36,007 bases of DNA from Paraglomus brasilianum (Eukaryota): NCBI GenBank assembly GCA_910592345.1, contig CAJVPI010000309.1:1-36007 (forward strand). The letters are read 5' to 3'. The notes beneath the pieces are model-generated. The model had not been told where the DNA came from and searched no databases. It saw only the letters and a program-made list of their open reading frames with translations. Made by a program: the position numbers and the translations under genes. Numbering within the stretch: position 1 is the first letter of the stretch; every line of letters starts with the position of its first letter. Below, in pieces: positions 23,601 through 34,914 of this stretch.

Positions 23601-26045
23601 GAACATAGCTTTCATGTTTGTATTACTTCTTACCAATTAGTGGTTCAGGATGCTAGCATATTTAAGAAGAGGAAATGGCATTATTTAATACTCGATGAAG
23701 CACATCATATCAAGAACTTTAGATCTCAACGATGGCAGACTCTTCTCAATTTTAATTCGCAAAGTAGATTGTTACTTACTGGAACGCCCTTACAAAATAA
23801 CTTAATGGAACTGTGGTCTCTGCTCTATTTTTTGATGCCACAAGGAATAACAAAGAATATGCCATCTGGATTCGCTAATCAGAAGGAGTTTCAAGAATGG
23901 TTCTCGCACCCTGTCGATCGTATGATTGAGAGTAATGACCAAGTTGACGAAGATGGGCGTGCTGCTGTGACTCGACTTCACACTGTTCTGCGTCCATATA
24001 TTCTTCGACGTCTTAAGCGTGACGTGGAAAAGCAGCTGCCAAGAAAGCGAGAAATAGAGGTCAGGTGCCGTCTATCAAAGAGGCAAAGATTTCTGTATAG
24101 TGATTTTATGTCGCGTGGCACTACAGTAAATACCCTCCGATCGGGAAATTTCTTGGGTATTATTAATTGTCTCATGCAGTTGCGCAAAGTGTGTAATCAT
24201 CCTGACCTGTTTGAAGTACGTCCCATTCGTACGTCATTTGCCATGTCGAGATCAGCTATTGCAGATTATGAGATCAAAGAATTTCTTATCCGGAGACGAA
24301 TATTTAGAGATTCCGAGGAAAATGAGTTGAAAATTGACTTTCTCAATCTTCAACTTGTTAACTTTGAAATGAATGAAGATTGGTTGACATGGAGTGAGCT
24401 AGCTCGCATATCTCCTGAAAGTCTGATATACGAAAAGATTGACTGGTACGGAGCAGTGAAGAGGGGAAGTTGGTCAGCTCCAAAGTATATTGATTATAAT
24501 AGTATTACGGAGTTTCAGCGTAATATTCAGTATCGCTCTAGGCTTGCAATTAAAGCGCGATGGGAATATATCCGATATGTTAACGCATTTCGTAGTAAAC
24601 GTCGCCCATTATACGGCACTGGATTGGTCAGGTTGTGTAAGATGTTGGGCTCTGTTCCCGTCGAAAGAGCGCTAATCGATTCCAATAATCCTAAGAAATA
24701 TTGGTCGACGATGACCAGCTTTGCTGCTCTAGTCAAGTCGCCCGCTCAACGATATGCCGAAATGGAAGAGATAATAAAGCGTTACGCTTTTGTCACCCCA
24801 GCAGTAGTAGCGCGCGACCTAGTTAAATATACATTGTCCATGATGTCGGACGAGCTACGTCATAAAATAAATACGGAAGTAGATGATATATATCATCCCA
24901 TTAGAGTCAAGCTACAGATAGCGTTTCCTGACAAGTGGCTGGTGCAGTACGATTGTGGTAAACTACAGAAGCTGGATGTGCTGCTTCGTCAATTGAAAGC
25001 TGAGGGTCATCGAGCTCTTATATTTACTCAGATGACTCGTGTATTGGATATATTGGAAATATTTCTCAATATGCATGGGCATAGATATCTTCGGCTTGAT
25101 GGTGCCACTAAAGTGGAGCAACGACAATTGTTAACCGAGAGATTCAACCATGATCCTAAAATACTGGTATTTATTCTGTCTACGAGATCAGGAGGACTGG
25201 GCATTAATCTAACAGGAGCTGATACGGTAATATTCTACGACTCGGACTGGAATCCGTGTATGGACAGGCAGTGTCAAGACAGGTAATATATGAAGTTATT
25301 GTTCTATAATAGAATTGGTAATCGCGTGCAATATACATGGATATATTATGTTATACATGTTGTATGAAAGTATATTTATATATGTATCTATTTTCATAGA
25401 TGCCACCGAATAGGACAAACACGTGACGTGAGCATATATCGATTCATCAGTGAGCATACTATAGAGGAAAATGTACTTCTCAAAGCCAAGCAGAAACGTA
25501 AACTAGATAAATTAGTTATGACTGAAGGTGATTTTACAACTGACTATTTCGAAAAGATGAAGTGGCGTGAATTGCTGGATGTAATAGCACCGAAAAGGGA
25601 TGAAGATGTAAGCGATGATACTTTAGCAGGTCCAGCCTTAGAACAATGTCTTGCTATGGTAGAAGATGATAAGGATGTTAATGCTGCCAGAGTAGCCCGA
25701 ATTGAGGAGGACATTGATTTGACGGAGTTTGCTGAGGGCAGTAATTCTGCTGCTGAAAATGCAGCCACGACTACGGCTGCTGAAACATCAGCAGACATGG
25801 AGACGGGGGCAGCGGAAGCGGATCAACAACAGTCAGCGGAAGCGGATCAACAACAGTCAGCGGAAGCGGATCAACAGCAGTCAGCGGAAGCGGATCAACA
25901 ACAGTCAGCGGATACATTATCACCGAATAGCGATACAGATGACACGGGCGAAAGTGATAAGGCCGTAGATCATGTGGACAATTACATGCTTCGATTTATG
26001 GAGAGGGAACTTGGTATATCAATTGATAGTGATATTAATACATGA
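20683..26045 (+). CDS. SWR1: SWR1/SRCAP-type Snf2-family chromatin-remodeling ATPase (H2A.Z deposition), 4 exons, ~1592 aa; the N-terminus may extend upstream
   Basis: Exons 20683-21426, 21756-22427, 22566-25282, 25400-26045. AT-hook RRRPGRPRK, HSA-like helical region and acidic linker. Motifs LREYQHVGLDWL, GILADEMGLGKTIQTI, LILDEAHHIKNFRSQRWQ, split ATPase with insertion, QYDCGKLQKL, FILSTRSGGLGINLTGADTVIFYDSDWNP, QDRCHRIGQTRDV. Confidence 0.95.
22737..22778 (+). repeat. Coding 9-bp repeat (GAGGACAAT; EDN) in the SWR1 acidic linker
   Basis: EDNEDNEDNEDNED; further low-complexity EN/DN tracts follow to ~23085. Confidence 0.85.
25812..25907 (+). repeat. Coding 24-bp tandem repeat x4 (AEADQQQS) in the SWR1 C-terminus
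   Basis: gcggaagcggatcaacaacagtca x4, with one synonymous difference. Confidence 0.95.
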
Positions 26046-27034
26046 AAAAGTATTATAATTGCAAATAATATTGTTAATTCAACTTTGGGTACGCGTGAAT
26101 ATGTGTGAGCAACGTTGAATAAGGCTGGAGTGGTTTATTATTTTATTTTCAAATAGTTAATTCAGAAACAATCGACAACATCTGAGGTCTATAGAATGAG
26201 TATTACAGTGTTCCGTAACTATATTAATGAGTTGTATTGAGTATTAATATGTATTGATATGGCCAATTGCATAGGATTAACTCATAAAGCAAATGAATTT
26301 GTTGATGTAGAGTCAAACTCATTGCGTCCACAATGCTTACTGAAGCAAGCATAGTTTCTTAACTTACAGGGGTCACCCGCGAATTGTGTGAATCGGCGTA
26401 ATTTAGAAGTATATAGCAATAGACATTATAATTGTCGCGAGCAACCAGGTGTAAATTGCCATTACTCAATAAATTCTTGTCGTATACTGTACATTATGGA
26501 AGGATACTCTCCTTTAACGTTTTGAGATCTGGACAATTCAACAGAACGGAAAATTGCTATTACTATTGCTTGTGTCCATATTAGATAATATTAGTTTGTT
26601 TTAACGAAGTATCTACTGATTTCCATTTTAAATCTTTCAATCCTGAGACAATTTGGCCGTTTATTTGCACACCTGCATAATTTTCAGTTATCTTTCCAAT
26701 TCAAAATATCAATAACTATAAACCATCAACGCGACCAAAGTCTCTCACACTAATCGAAAAAATGTTTGTTTGTTCACATCAATTCCACCGCAATTCATGT
26801 GTGTTTGACGTTAAAGCCAATTGTGCCTTTCTTTAATTTTGCCAACGAACCCAGAGTGGAAGTTTACGTTCCAAAAGAAAATCAATCTTGGCTTCTTTCA
26901 CTTCCGATGACGTTATAGATAGATTATACACAGTAGCGTGCTGCTGTCGTGCGACAAACTGAGAGTGCTTACGTCATCGAGTGTAACCCATGTTCGCACA
27001 TGTATCACTCTTGATCTCTCTTCTAACTAACAGA

Positions 27035-28464
27035 ATGGATGCAAACCCCACAGAGTATACCCCGATAACTCTTCCTACCATCGATCTTTCTCTATTCTCA
27101 TCTTCAAAACCTCAATCTACTCTTCTCCTCAACTCTCTATCTACTGCGGCGTCGACTTATGGGGCGTTCTACGTTACTTCGTCATCATTCACACTATCTG
27201 ATGAGCAAGCGATTATTAGTGCAACGAAAGAATTCTTCTCCCTGCCTAAAGAGGTTAAGGAGAGCGTGTATTATAGAAATGGAGGGTTCGTTAGAGGATA
27301 CATTCCTATGGGCGGAGAATCTGGATCCGAAAGAACAGAAATGAAAGAAGCATTCTCGTATGGATATGATTGGGATAACCGTGACGTAAGTGATAACCTG
27401 AGTAATGAGAATGAAAGGAACTGATAAAGATAATGCAAACTAATAATAAGCGGCACATTATCAATTACACTACTAACCACATATCATCGACAACAAGCCC
27501 CCTGCCTCAGTCCTTTCTCCATTCTCTAATTCGTTGGAAGGACATAATCAGTGGGGACAATTGGTTGATATACTAGGCGTCAAATGGAAGAATGTGTTGA
27601 CAGACTATTATGCTAAAATGATGCAGATAACAAAAGATTGCATTAAAGCATTGGAGATGGCAATCGGAAGAGATATACAGCAACCAGACAAAAGCGGAGA
27701 AACCATATCGATGATAAGATTATTTCATTACTTTCCTCATCTGAACGACGGGAAGATGATTGGCAGTTCACCACATACGGGTGAGTAGAGAATGTATGAA
27801 CACTCAAGAAAGCATAAACGTCAACATGTGAAGCATAGGGTGATACTTAACGGGCTCATTTATGACTATTGAGATCATCATACAATATATTATACACAAT
27901 GTATACTAAAACCTTCTCCTCTTTTACATGATAATTCTATTTCCCCCCTATTCAAACCTCGAACCCATTACTTAAACTCCCAGACTGGGGTCTTCTAACT
28001 CTCGTGCTCCAACCCAACTCTCCTCGCGGTCTTCAGATCCATTACAATAATCAATGGTGGGATGTTCCCTCTAAACCGGGTTCCTTTATAGTTAACTGCG
28101 GCGATTATTTGTCACTAATGACGGGTGGAGCAGTTGTCTCTCCATTACATCGCGTGGTGAGCGATGGTGAGTCAGAGAGATATTCATTGGTATTTTTCTA
28201 TTATCCTCATTATGATACATGTCTTCCGAGCGGGCAGGGAAGTAACCTTAAGCTGAGTTTGCTGATGGATCAGAGTGTGAAGTATGAAGGTAATGATGAC
28301 GATCAAAAAAAGAATGGAACTGAAGGTGTTACATTTGGAGAGGTGAGTCAAGAAATTTGTTATTATTGTTCGATGTTAAGTATCAACTCTTATGGAATTG
28401 TTTCCGTATATAGTACATTAATCGTAAATGGAATCAAGTCGCAAGGGGAGATTATTTTGTTTGA
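27035..28464 (+). CDS. 2-oxoglutarate/Fe(II)-dependent dioxygenase (IPNS/flavonol synthase-like, DIOX_N + 2OG-FeII_Oxy), 4 exons
   Basis: Exons 27035-27385, 27498-27780 (AAG acceptor after TACTAAC branch point), 27984-28342, 28414-28464. Motifs LPTIDLS, YGAFYV, FFSLPKEVK, RGY, IRLFHY, HTDWGLLTLVLQ (HxD across an intron), FIVNCGD, SPLHRV, RYSLVFF. An alternative in-frame ATG lies at 26990. Confidence 0.9.
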
Positions 28465-28749
28465 CAAATGATCACTGCTGAATATTTTGTATACTGGATT
28501 ATATTCACACAAAAAATAGTAAATTGTTAACATTAATTATAGGACTGACATTGGTGATGTAGGAAATTACGTAATATATTGTATTATTTAGTCTAGCCAG
28601 AACGTAATGTTGATTATTGAACCCCATTATATAACGAAATGCGTTATAACGAATTTTTGTTATAATTAGAAAATTTGTCATAGATACAGTAAATGTTGTC
28701 ATACTATACAATTTCACGTGAATATGAATATTCTGAGTTAATCATGTAA

Positions 28750-30000
28750 CGTATTGTAATGAACGGCATTTGGTAAACAAATGAGTAATGTTGACTTTGC
28801 ATTGTCTAATGAAGGTAAGGCCGATTGTATTCTCTCAAAATGAATCTCCGATACATAAATATTCTAATTTCTTACAATTTTCTAACTTTGAGTGATCCAT
28901 TATAATTATATTAATCTTCTTGCGCTAAAATGCTTTTTACTCTCAATAGGCAAAAGATTGTTCTCTCTAAAATACTGCAAGCGAGACCAAATTCGCTCTT
29001 TCCACTGGGAGTTTCATTAGTGTGAACTTGTGGCATCCAGCAATATTCGGTCCATTCAATATCAGTGCATTTAGAACCACTTAAATCCTGAATAGTAACC
29101 ATTTTATTTTATAGTGCTATTAATCTATGTACGTTTAATGGAATATAGCGCTATATGCAATTTTCAGACGTATCAATTATATACATTATAATACTGGATT
29201 CAATTTTAATCGAATTGGAGTCTCTGGCTCATCCGTGTTTACGTATTTTTTTGGGTATCTTGGCAAAGTCCAAGACTAACGTTTATATTCTTCTTTCTGA
29301 GTGCGCTTGTGTATTTATTCATTATTCGAGATCACATAAATTTGTTCTTAGACTCACGATTTGAATATAAGGCGTTAACTGGTGCCATAACTTGCGAAAC
29401 GCATCCTATTTAACAATTTCAACGTGCTATCGTTTTCGAGACCTGCAATAAAATCACGATAGACCGATTTGTAACTCGTTTCAGCTGGTAAGAGTGTAAG
29501 CGATTGAGTAATTCGGTTGACGTTTCTACCAGGACTTGGTAATCCATGAATTTCAACATAGTTTTCGAGAAAATTCTTCATGATGGTAGCAACAGTTATA
29601 TCAATGGTTATTTTGGTTTTCTATCGCTGCACTTTTTTTACATCATACCATGAACGCGCGGTATTATACCGTTTGTTTCTAGGTGACTCTGATGTTTTCA
29701 AAATGAGTGCGACCAATTCCTAACATATTGAGATGCGTTTTCTGACAAAGCGGCGTGCAATCTCAGTAGTAAAATGTTCGTTTATTAACACGCGTTTTCT
29801 TTTTAAGACGTCGACTGGCAGTTATTTCTCCACCATTCATTGCTTTCAACTGGGCCATTAAAGATATGTCTTGTTCGGATCTAGCGAGAGCTTGAAACGC
29901 CTCACGTAATTCGGCTCAGAATCATTTTTGGGCAACCACAATTGCAACCTATCTCCAAGAAACGTGTTGCTTTTTCGTATTCAGTCATCACAACCATATA
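28750..30000 (-). mobile_element. Degenerate, internally deleted DNA transposase relic, Sola-like (tentative)
   Basis: Frameshifted translation: RFLEIGCNCGC...FQALARSEQDISLMAQL...PLCQKTHLNMLGIGRTHFENI..LETNGIIPRVHG...KNFLENYVEIHGLPSPGR...LLPAETSYKSVY...LRKLWHQLTPYI. Family assignment is from recalled motif resemblance only. Confidence 0.5.
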
Positions 30001-30134
30001 ATATATTTTATGTTCAGTTTGTCTGATTTTGTAAAATTTCCTCTACATATCGTATTAAATATATATGGGATTACCTCTATTAATATGTAGTTGACGATAC
30101 ATATGCCGTATATAATAAATGTCTAAGCCACCTG

Positions 30135-31050
30135 TATGCCACAATTCTGGGTAATTCTCATCAAGAAAGGCTTTAGCAAGACGACTACTACGCTTGGAGT
30201 CATTGTCTTGCTGAAACCTCCATTTACCTACCCCGAGCATTTGGTCAATTTCTGGGAAATGTTGCTGTTTGTCAAAAGCAATAAACTCATCGAGTTGCTT
30301 ATTGTTGCTAGTCCATCCATCGGATAATTGTTTATGTCCACAAATGCACCACACGCACAAATGCACCACACGGGACTACATCGGAGTACTCCACATGCAG
30401 TGCAGAATCCATATCGAGAGTAACAATGGTTTTCCCATTCACCCCACGCCATAATTTTTGTTCGATCCTTCGACAGACCGTACACCCTTATGCCAACGTT
30501 CATCTGTCCGACTCCAATCATTGTTAAGATGATTTTGAGCCCATTATACACGTTTTTGCTTGTGGCCGTTAGTAAGCATAGGTTGGCTCTTGGGAGGGGT
30601 TTTTTGTATCCAAAGTCGTTTAGATGGCTGATAACTGTTGCATACGTCACACTTACGCCTATTTTTAACAACTTTTTTGCCAAAGTTCGTATTGACAAGG
30701 AAGTGTCTCGCCGAATGTATTGCCTGAGTGCTTTCGAGGCATTTCCAGTAATTTTTCTCGGGCGACCATTACCACCAGCATGCTTAGTAGTTCCAGTTTA
30801 TTTATATTGCCATATATTGTTGAGAGTGGTATGTAGCTCGCAAGCATCGCGCACTCCTTCATTTCACAAATATAATAAAGTTTTCCGTTATAATTCTTTC
30901 TTGGTAACAGACATCGTGTAATATGTATCAAAAAAAGTTATGTATGGATGCGATAAAAAAAGAGTTTAAATTGATCCCTAGATCTTTGTGTTTATTTTGA
31001 ATTAAACGCGTTAGCGTCACAAAATTGGGCATGCTAGACGCGGGTTAGTG
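30135..31050 (-). mobile_element. Degenerate Tc1/mariner transposon
   Basis: Motifs IPLSTIYGNINK, GGNGRPRKITGNASKALRQYIRRDTSLSIRTLAKKL, KDRTKIMAWG, KWRFQQDNDSKRSSRLAKAFLDENYPE across frameshifts. TIR not clearly seen. Confidence 0.85.
30276..30432 (-). pseudogene. Fragment resembling the N-terminal region of Glomeromycotina tyrosine-kinase-like proteins, embedded in the Tc1 relic
   Basis: HCYSRYGFCTACGVLRCSPVWCICGHKQLSDGWTSNNKQLDEFI (Cys cluster + WTSxNxxxDxFI motif), with an internal 17-bp duplication. Confidence 0.6.
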
Positions 31051-31141
31051 ACGTATACAATTTTCCGTTTTTTTTTTTTTTTTATATAAAAAAAGTTTCT
31101 GTACAACTGGATAAGTTTATCTTCTATAGTTTTTTTTTAAT

Positions 31142-32619
31142 ATGTTCATCAACCATTTAACCAGGTCTTCTAGGCGTTTACTCCCTTATGGCATCCGCCA
31201 TGTGGGAACCGTAGCCAAGCAAACCGAGCCAATACTTTTTAACCGGCAACGTGAAATCGACTATTTCAAAAAGAGATTCAAAAGCAAAGTGCCAGGACTT
31301 CACATCATCCTGGGTCCCCCAAGCACTGGGAAAACTGCTTTAATGCGCAAGGTAGTGAGTGATGCTGGCATGAACCCTCTACTTATCGACCTCCGTAGCG
31401 GACAATGCGACACACCAATGGCCTTATACTATTCAATTATCGAACAATACAAAACGTTTTATGACAAACTCAAAACTTTGTCCAAGAGTGTTAAGGCAGT
31501 CAATATGGCAAGTTATGAAATCCAATTTAACGAATTGACCTCTGGAGTTACTGCTGGGACAGCAGTTACTCGTCTGCTTTGCGAAATTAGTAGTAGGCTT
31601 CCACAATGGAGATGGTGGAGTAGCATGGATGTACCACCACCCATCCTTGTCATTGATGAGGCAAATAGGTTTGACCAGTTGAGTGAAGTATCACCTGAAT
31701 CCACTAGTGTTATCCAGACATTTCTTCAGTGGATGGTACTGAATACGAAACAAGAACAAAAGTTCCACATAATCCTCACCTCCTCTGATTCGTTCTTTAT
31801 AAACTGGATCCGAAAATGTAAGTTTGATTTGTCTCTGTACATTGCTGTATATTTTCTTTTCTTTCTTATGCATATTTGTACCATTTTTGATAGATATAAA
31901 TCATATTCATTTTAAGCCATATGTTGTTGGTGATCTGTCCAAAGAGAATGCTGAAGAATTTTTTGAAGAACATGTACTTATGAAATGTGAGTCTTTTGAA
32001 TCTTCTTTACAACCTTTTTTTGGACACATGATCAATGCTTACACAATGGCATCCCTTCTTTGGAGCAGATGAACCTTCCATCCGCAAAGAGCTCACAGGG
32101 CAGTTTCACCACATTCATAGAATTACAGGCACTCGCATGTTTCTTATTAAACAGTATGTTGATCAATACTCAGTTCAAGGAAAATTTGAAGGTATGTTAG
32201 CAGATTTCTCCACCTTTCATTTAAAAAGCTGATTCTAATGATCTGGAACCTGATTCATAGATTGCTTATTTGACTATTACTTAAGTGCTTATGATCAATT
32301 ACAAACTGGTCTTTATCCTGAGACTCTTAAGGGTATAAAGCCTGCTCCAGCTTGGCAGCAAGATGACTTCATTAAAGCCATGCGATTTATTGTGAAGAAT
32401 GCAGATCAAGGATTTGTTGCAGAAAGGGATTTGATAAGAGAGATTGGCCCAGAAAAACTTCTATCCCTTGTTCACTACAACTTTCTGCATCGCCGACCAA
32501 CTCCTATATACACCTTTGACATAGTCAACCCACCAAATGAACCAATTTTGACCCCAATGAGTCAGCCGGCATTGCGTGCGATGGAAGATCTCTTGAAAAT
32601 GGTTGATGGAAAAGCTTAG
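31142..32619 (+). CDS. P-loop ATPase (ATPase_2/AAA_16-like), probable mitochondrial presequence, 4 exons, ~416 aa
   Basis: Exons 31142-31817, 31894-31986, 32069-32191, 32261-32619 (1251 nt, phases consistent). LFNRQREI, Walker A GPPSTGKT, Walker B ILVIDEAN, HIILTSSDSFF, VVGDLSKENA. The N-terminus is Arg/Ser-rich and free of acidic residues. Confidence 0.85.
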
Positions 32620-32739
32620 CGATATTGGCTTCATAACTGTTCTCCAGACTTTTCATGCTTGTAGTATTTTTGATTGCCATTATAATAAATAATGATATGT
32701 TCTGGTTTTGTTGCAGCACGTGTTTATTTTTAAATATCT

Positions 32740-33097
32740 GTTTTCTTCCCTGGTCAAGCTTTTATTGACAGTATAAGGGTAAAATCATTATTTCTATCAT
32801 CAGTAGTAGTGTTAAATCTTGCTATTAGCACTACAGAACTTTAGCAATCAGGGATTGTATCCCGTTTTAGAACCTAGACTTTTAAACTATCCCTGTTAAA
32901 AGAAATTGACATATTTACTATAGTAATAGGCTAGATTTATTTCAAATAGTGCATGCAAAATTCTACAATTTAGATAGTAAGTGTAAATCCCAGATACAGT
33001 CATCAATTGTCATTTGTAGTATTAGCTTAGAGTAAGAATAGCTAAAGGTTCTGTTGGAATCTCAAAACAGCTAGTGCACTGCCACTCTCCAAGGTGT
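32740..33097. repeat. Dispersed repeat family, copy B (homologous to ~5090-5419)
   Basis: ...ctgttggaa...ctagtgcactgccactctccaaggtgt; differs from copy A partly by CpG-to-TpG/CpA changes. Confidence 0.65.
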
Positions 33098-34235
33098 CTT
33101 TCTGTCTCCCTTTTGACAATTGCCCAGAGGTTTTCAATGAGGTTAAGGTCAGGACTGTTAGAAGGCCAATCCATGATTTCTGGGACATTTTCCTTAAAAA
33201 TTCTTAGCCATGCAACTAGTATGTTTAGGATGGGTCTGTATTATTTCATCAACAATCATTTCACTGACAGTACATTTCACTGACAATTAACTACCAAAAA
33301 AGGATAATGTTGGTGAAGATTTGTCAGTGAAATGATTGTCAGTGAAATGATTGTCGGTGAAATGACTGTTGATGAAATAATTGCCTCCCATTTAGGATCA
33401 TTGTCCTGAACCACTTTTTTCCCAGCATTCTGTTTACCTCTGGGAGATGTCTTTCTACTATTTCAACATAGAGTTTACTAACCATTATGCCTCAAAAACA
33501 GAAAAGACTAGTCTTTCCTTTGATACAAAATCCTCCCCAAGCAAAAATCTTATATCTGTCTTTTGGCATTAAACAGACAGGCCTTGTATTTTTGTACTAA
33601 CATTTAATTGTGTTGCTAAACAATTGGGAGGCAGTTTCATCAGTAAAGGTTGTCTTTTTCCAATTGTCATTAAGGTGACTATGGGTCCATGCAACATGAT
33701 TTTCTTTATGGGTTGATGTAAGCATTGGGGTAGACTGTTCTTATAACCTTTTTTAGCCAAATGCTTAGTTATTGTTGTGCAATAAAGCTCCACACCATTC
33801 TCACAGCAATTGATTTTCCAGACATAGAAGAATCCCGACAAACATAGACTGATTGCATGTGACATGCTGGCAGTAATCTTTCTTGGTCTGCCATTGCCCC
33901 ATTTAGACACTCCCATTTTTCTCAAGTTTGTTTATATTGTAATATATTGTACTCAATGGTATATGAGTATGGGAGTGTAATTCAGAGGCATCACATATCC
34001 CTTCGTTCCATAAATGTAATAGTGTTTGACATTGTGTTTTTTTAGATGATGGTGACATTTTAACTTTCAATCAAAGAAAACGGAGCAAACAAACTCAAAT
34101 CAAAAGTTTGTGAGCAGGTAACAACAAAACGCGCACAATTTGCATTTTTAATGACGCGATTTGGACTCAAATTGGGTAAGTTACACATGTACAAAAAACT
34201 CGTAATAACTTTCCAATTTTTTTTTCTTCACACTG
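33098..34235 (-). mobile_element. Degenerate Tc1/mariner transposon, 3'-truncated
   Basis: TIR start TA|CAGTGTGAAG at 34235. Motifs GNGRPRKITASMSHAI, KIFAWGGFCIKGKTSLFCF, QDNDPKHTS, DWPSNSPDLNLIENLWAIVK. Confidence 0.9.
33232..33389. mobile_element. 158-bp foldback MITE, Mutator-like, nested in the Tc1 transposase
   Basis: GGG...CCC termini. Inverted arms are built from 15-bp units (atcatttcactgaca). 9-bp target duplication gtttaggat (33223-33231) / atttaggat (33390-33398); removing the insert restores QDNDPKHT. Confidence 0.85.
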
Positions 34236-34357
34236 TAGTTGTACTCATGATAGGAACTTGTACAATCATGCAAATGTTCGGGTGTATCAATGACAGAATC
34301 GAGAATTTAAGACCCGACAAAAAAGTTCGAATCACCTTTTCTCTCTTTTCAATAAAC

Positions 34358-34914
34358 ATGTTTAAAACGAAAGAAAGCAACGGTAAAGATCTGTTTGAAA
34401 GCACCTAATACTTGGACGACATTCTAATTATCTCTACTATTCCATTGCAGAACTAGAACTATTTCCGACCATCAAAGAAGTAATCAAAGAGCTCTTTCCG
34501 GATGCATCAAGCGCTGACGTTAAGAAATATACGAAACAGGTTTCAAACGCTGACGAATATGATCCTCTGTTAGTTATTAAGCCAAATGAAGCGTGGATCG
34601 CGGCTCACGGATGGGCAGCTTATAATGCAGTGATGGATCAGATCGCTACCTATAATCTCACTAGGGGACGCAGAGATGAAAACAGTCGTCGTATTTTCCA
34701 CTTCAGAGGCGTTCAAGAGCTGTATTTCGTTCGAGACACCATGTTTGCTAATGGTATCATTCCAAACGCATTCCACGTGCCATCTACTTTGCGACCTTTT
34801 GCTGCGCCGGGCGCTAATAATCTAATACCCATCGGACGTGTTTACATTGTGCATAAGCTGGGATCGAAAAAATCTGAGTATGGGGAAGACACGCGGTTTT
34901 TTCATGTGAATTAA
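34358..34914 (+). CDS. Hypothetical protein, 2 exons, ~162 aa
   Basis: Exon 34358-34382 (GT donor) splices in phase to 34451-34914 (ttgcag acceptor, ctaat branch point). Open frame MFKTKESNELELFPTIKEVIKELFPDAS...DPLLVIKPNEAWIAAHG...RFFHVN. Confidence 0.7.

Noticed and set aside
26204..26760. TA|CAGTGTTCCG TIR-like start and possible TE between SWR1 and the dioxygenase
   Set aside because: No partner TIR or transposase motifs were found.
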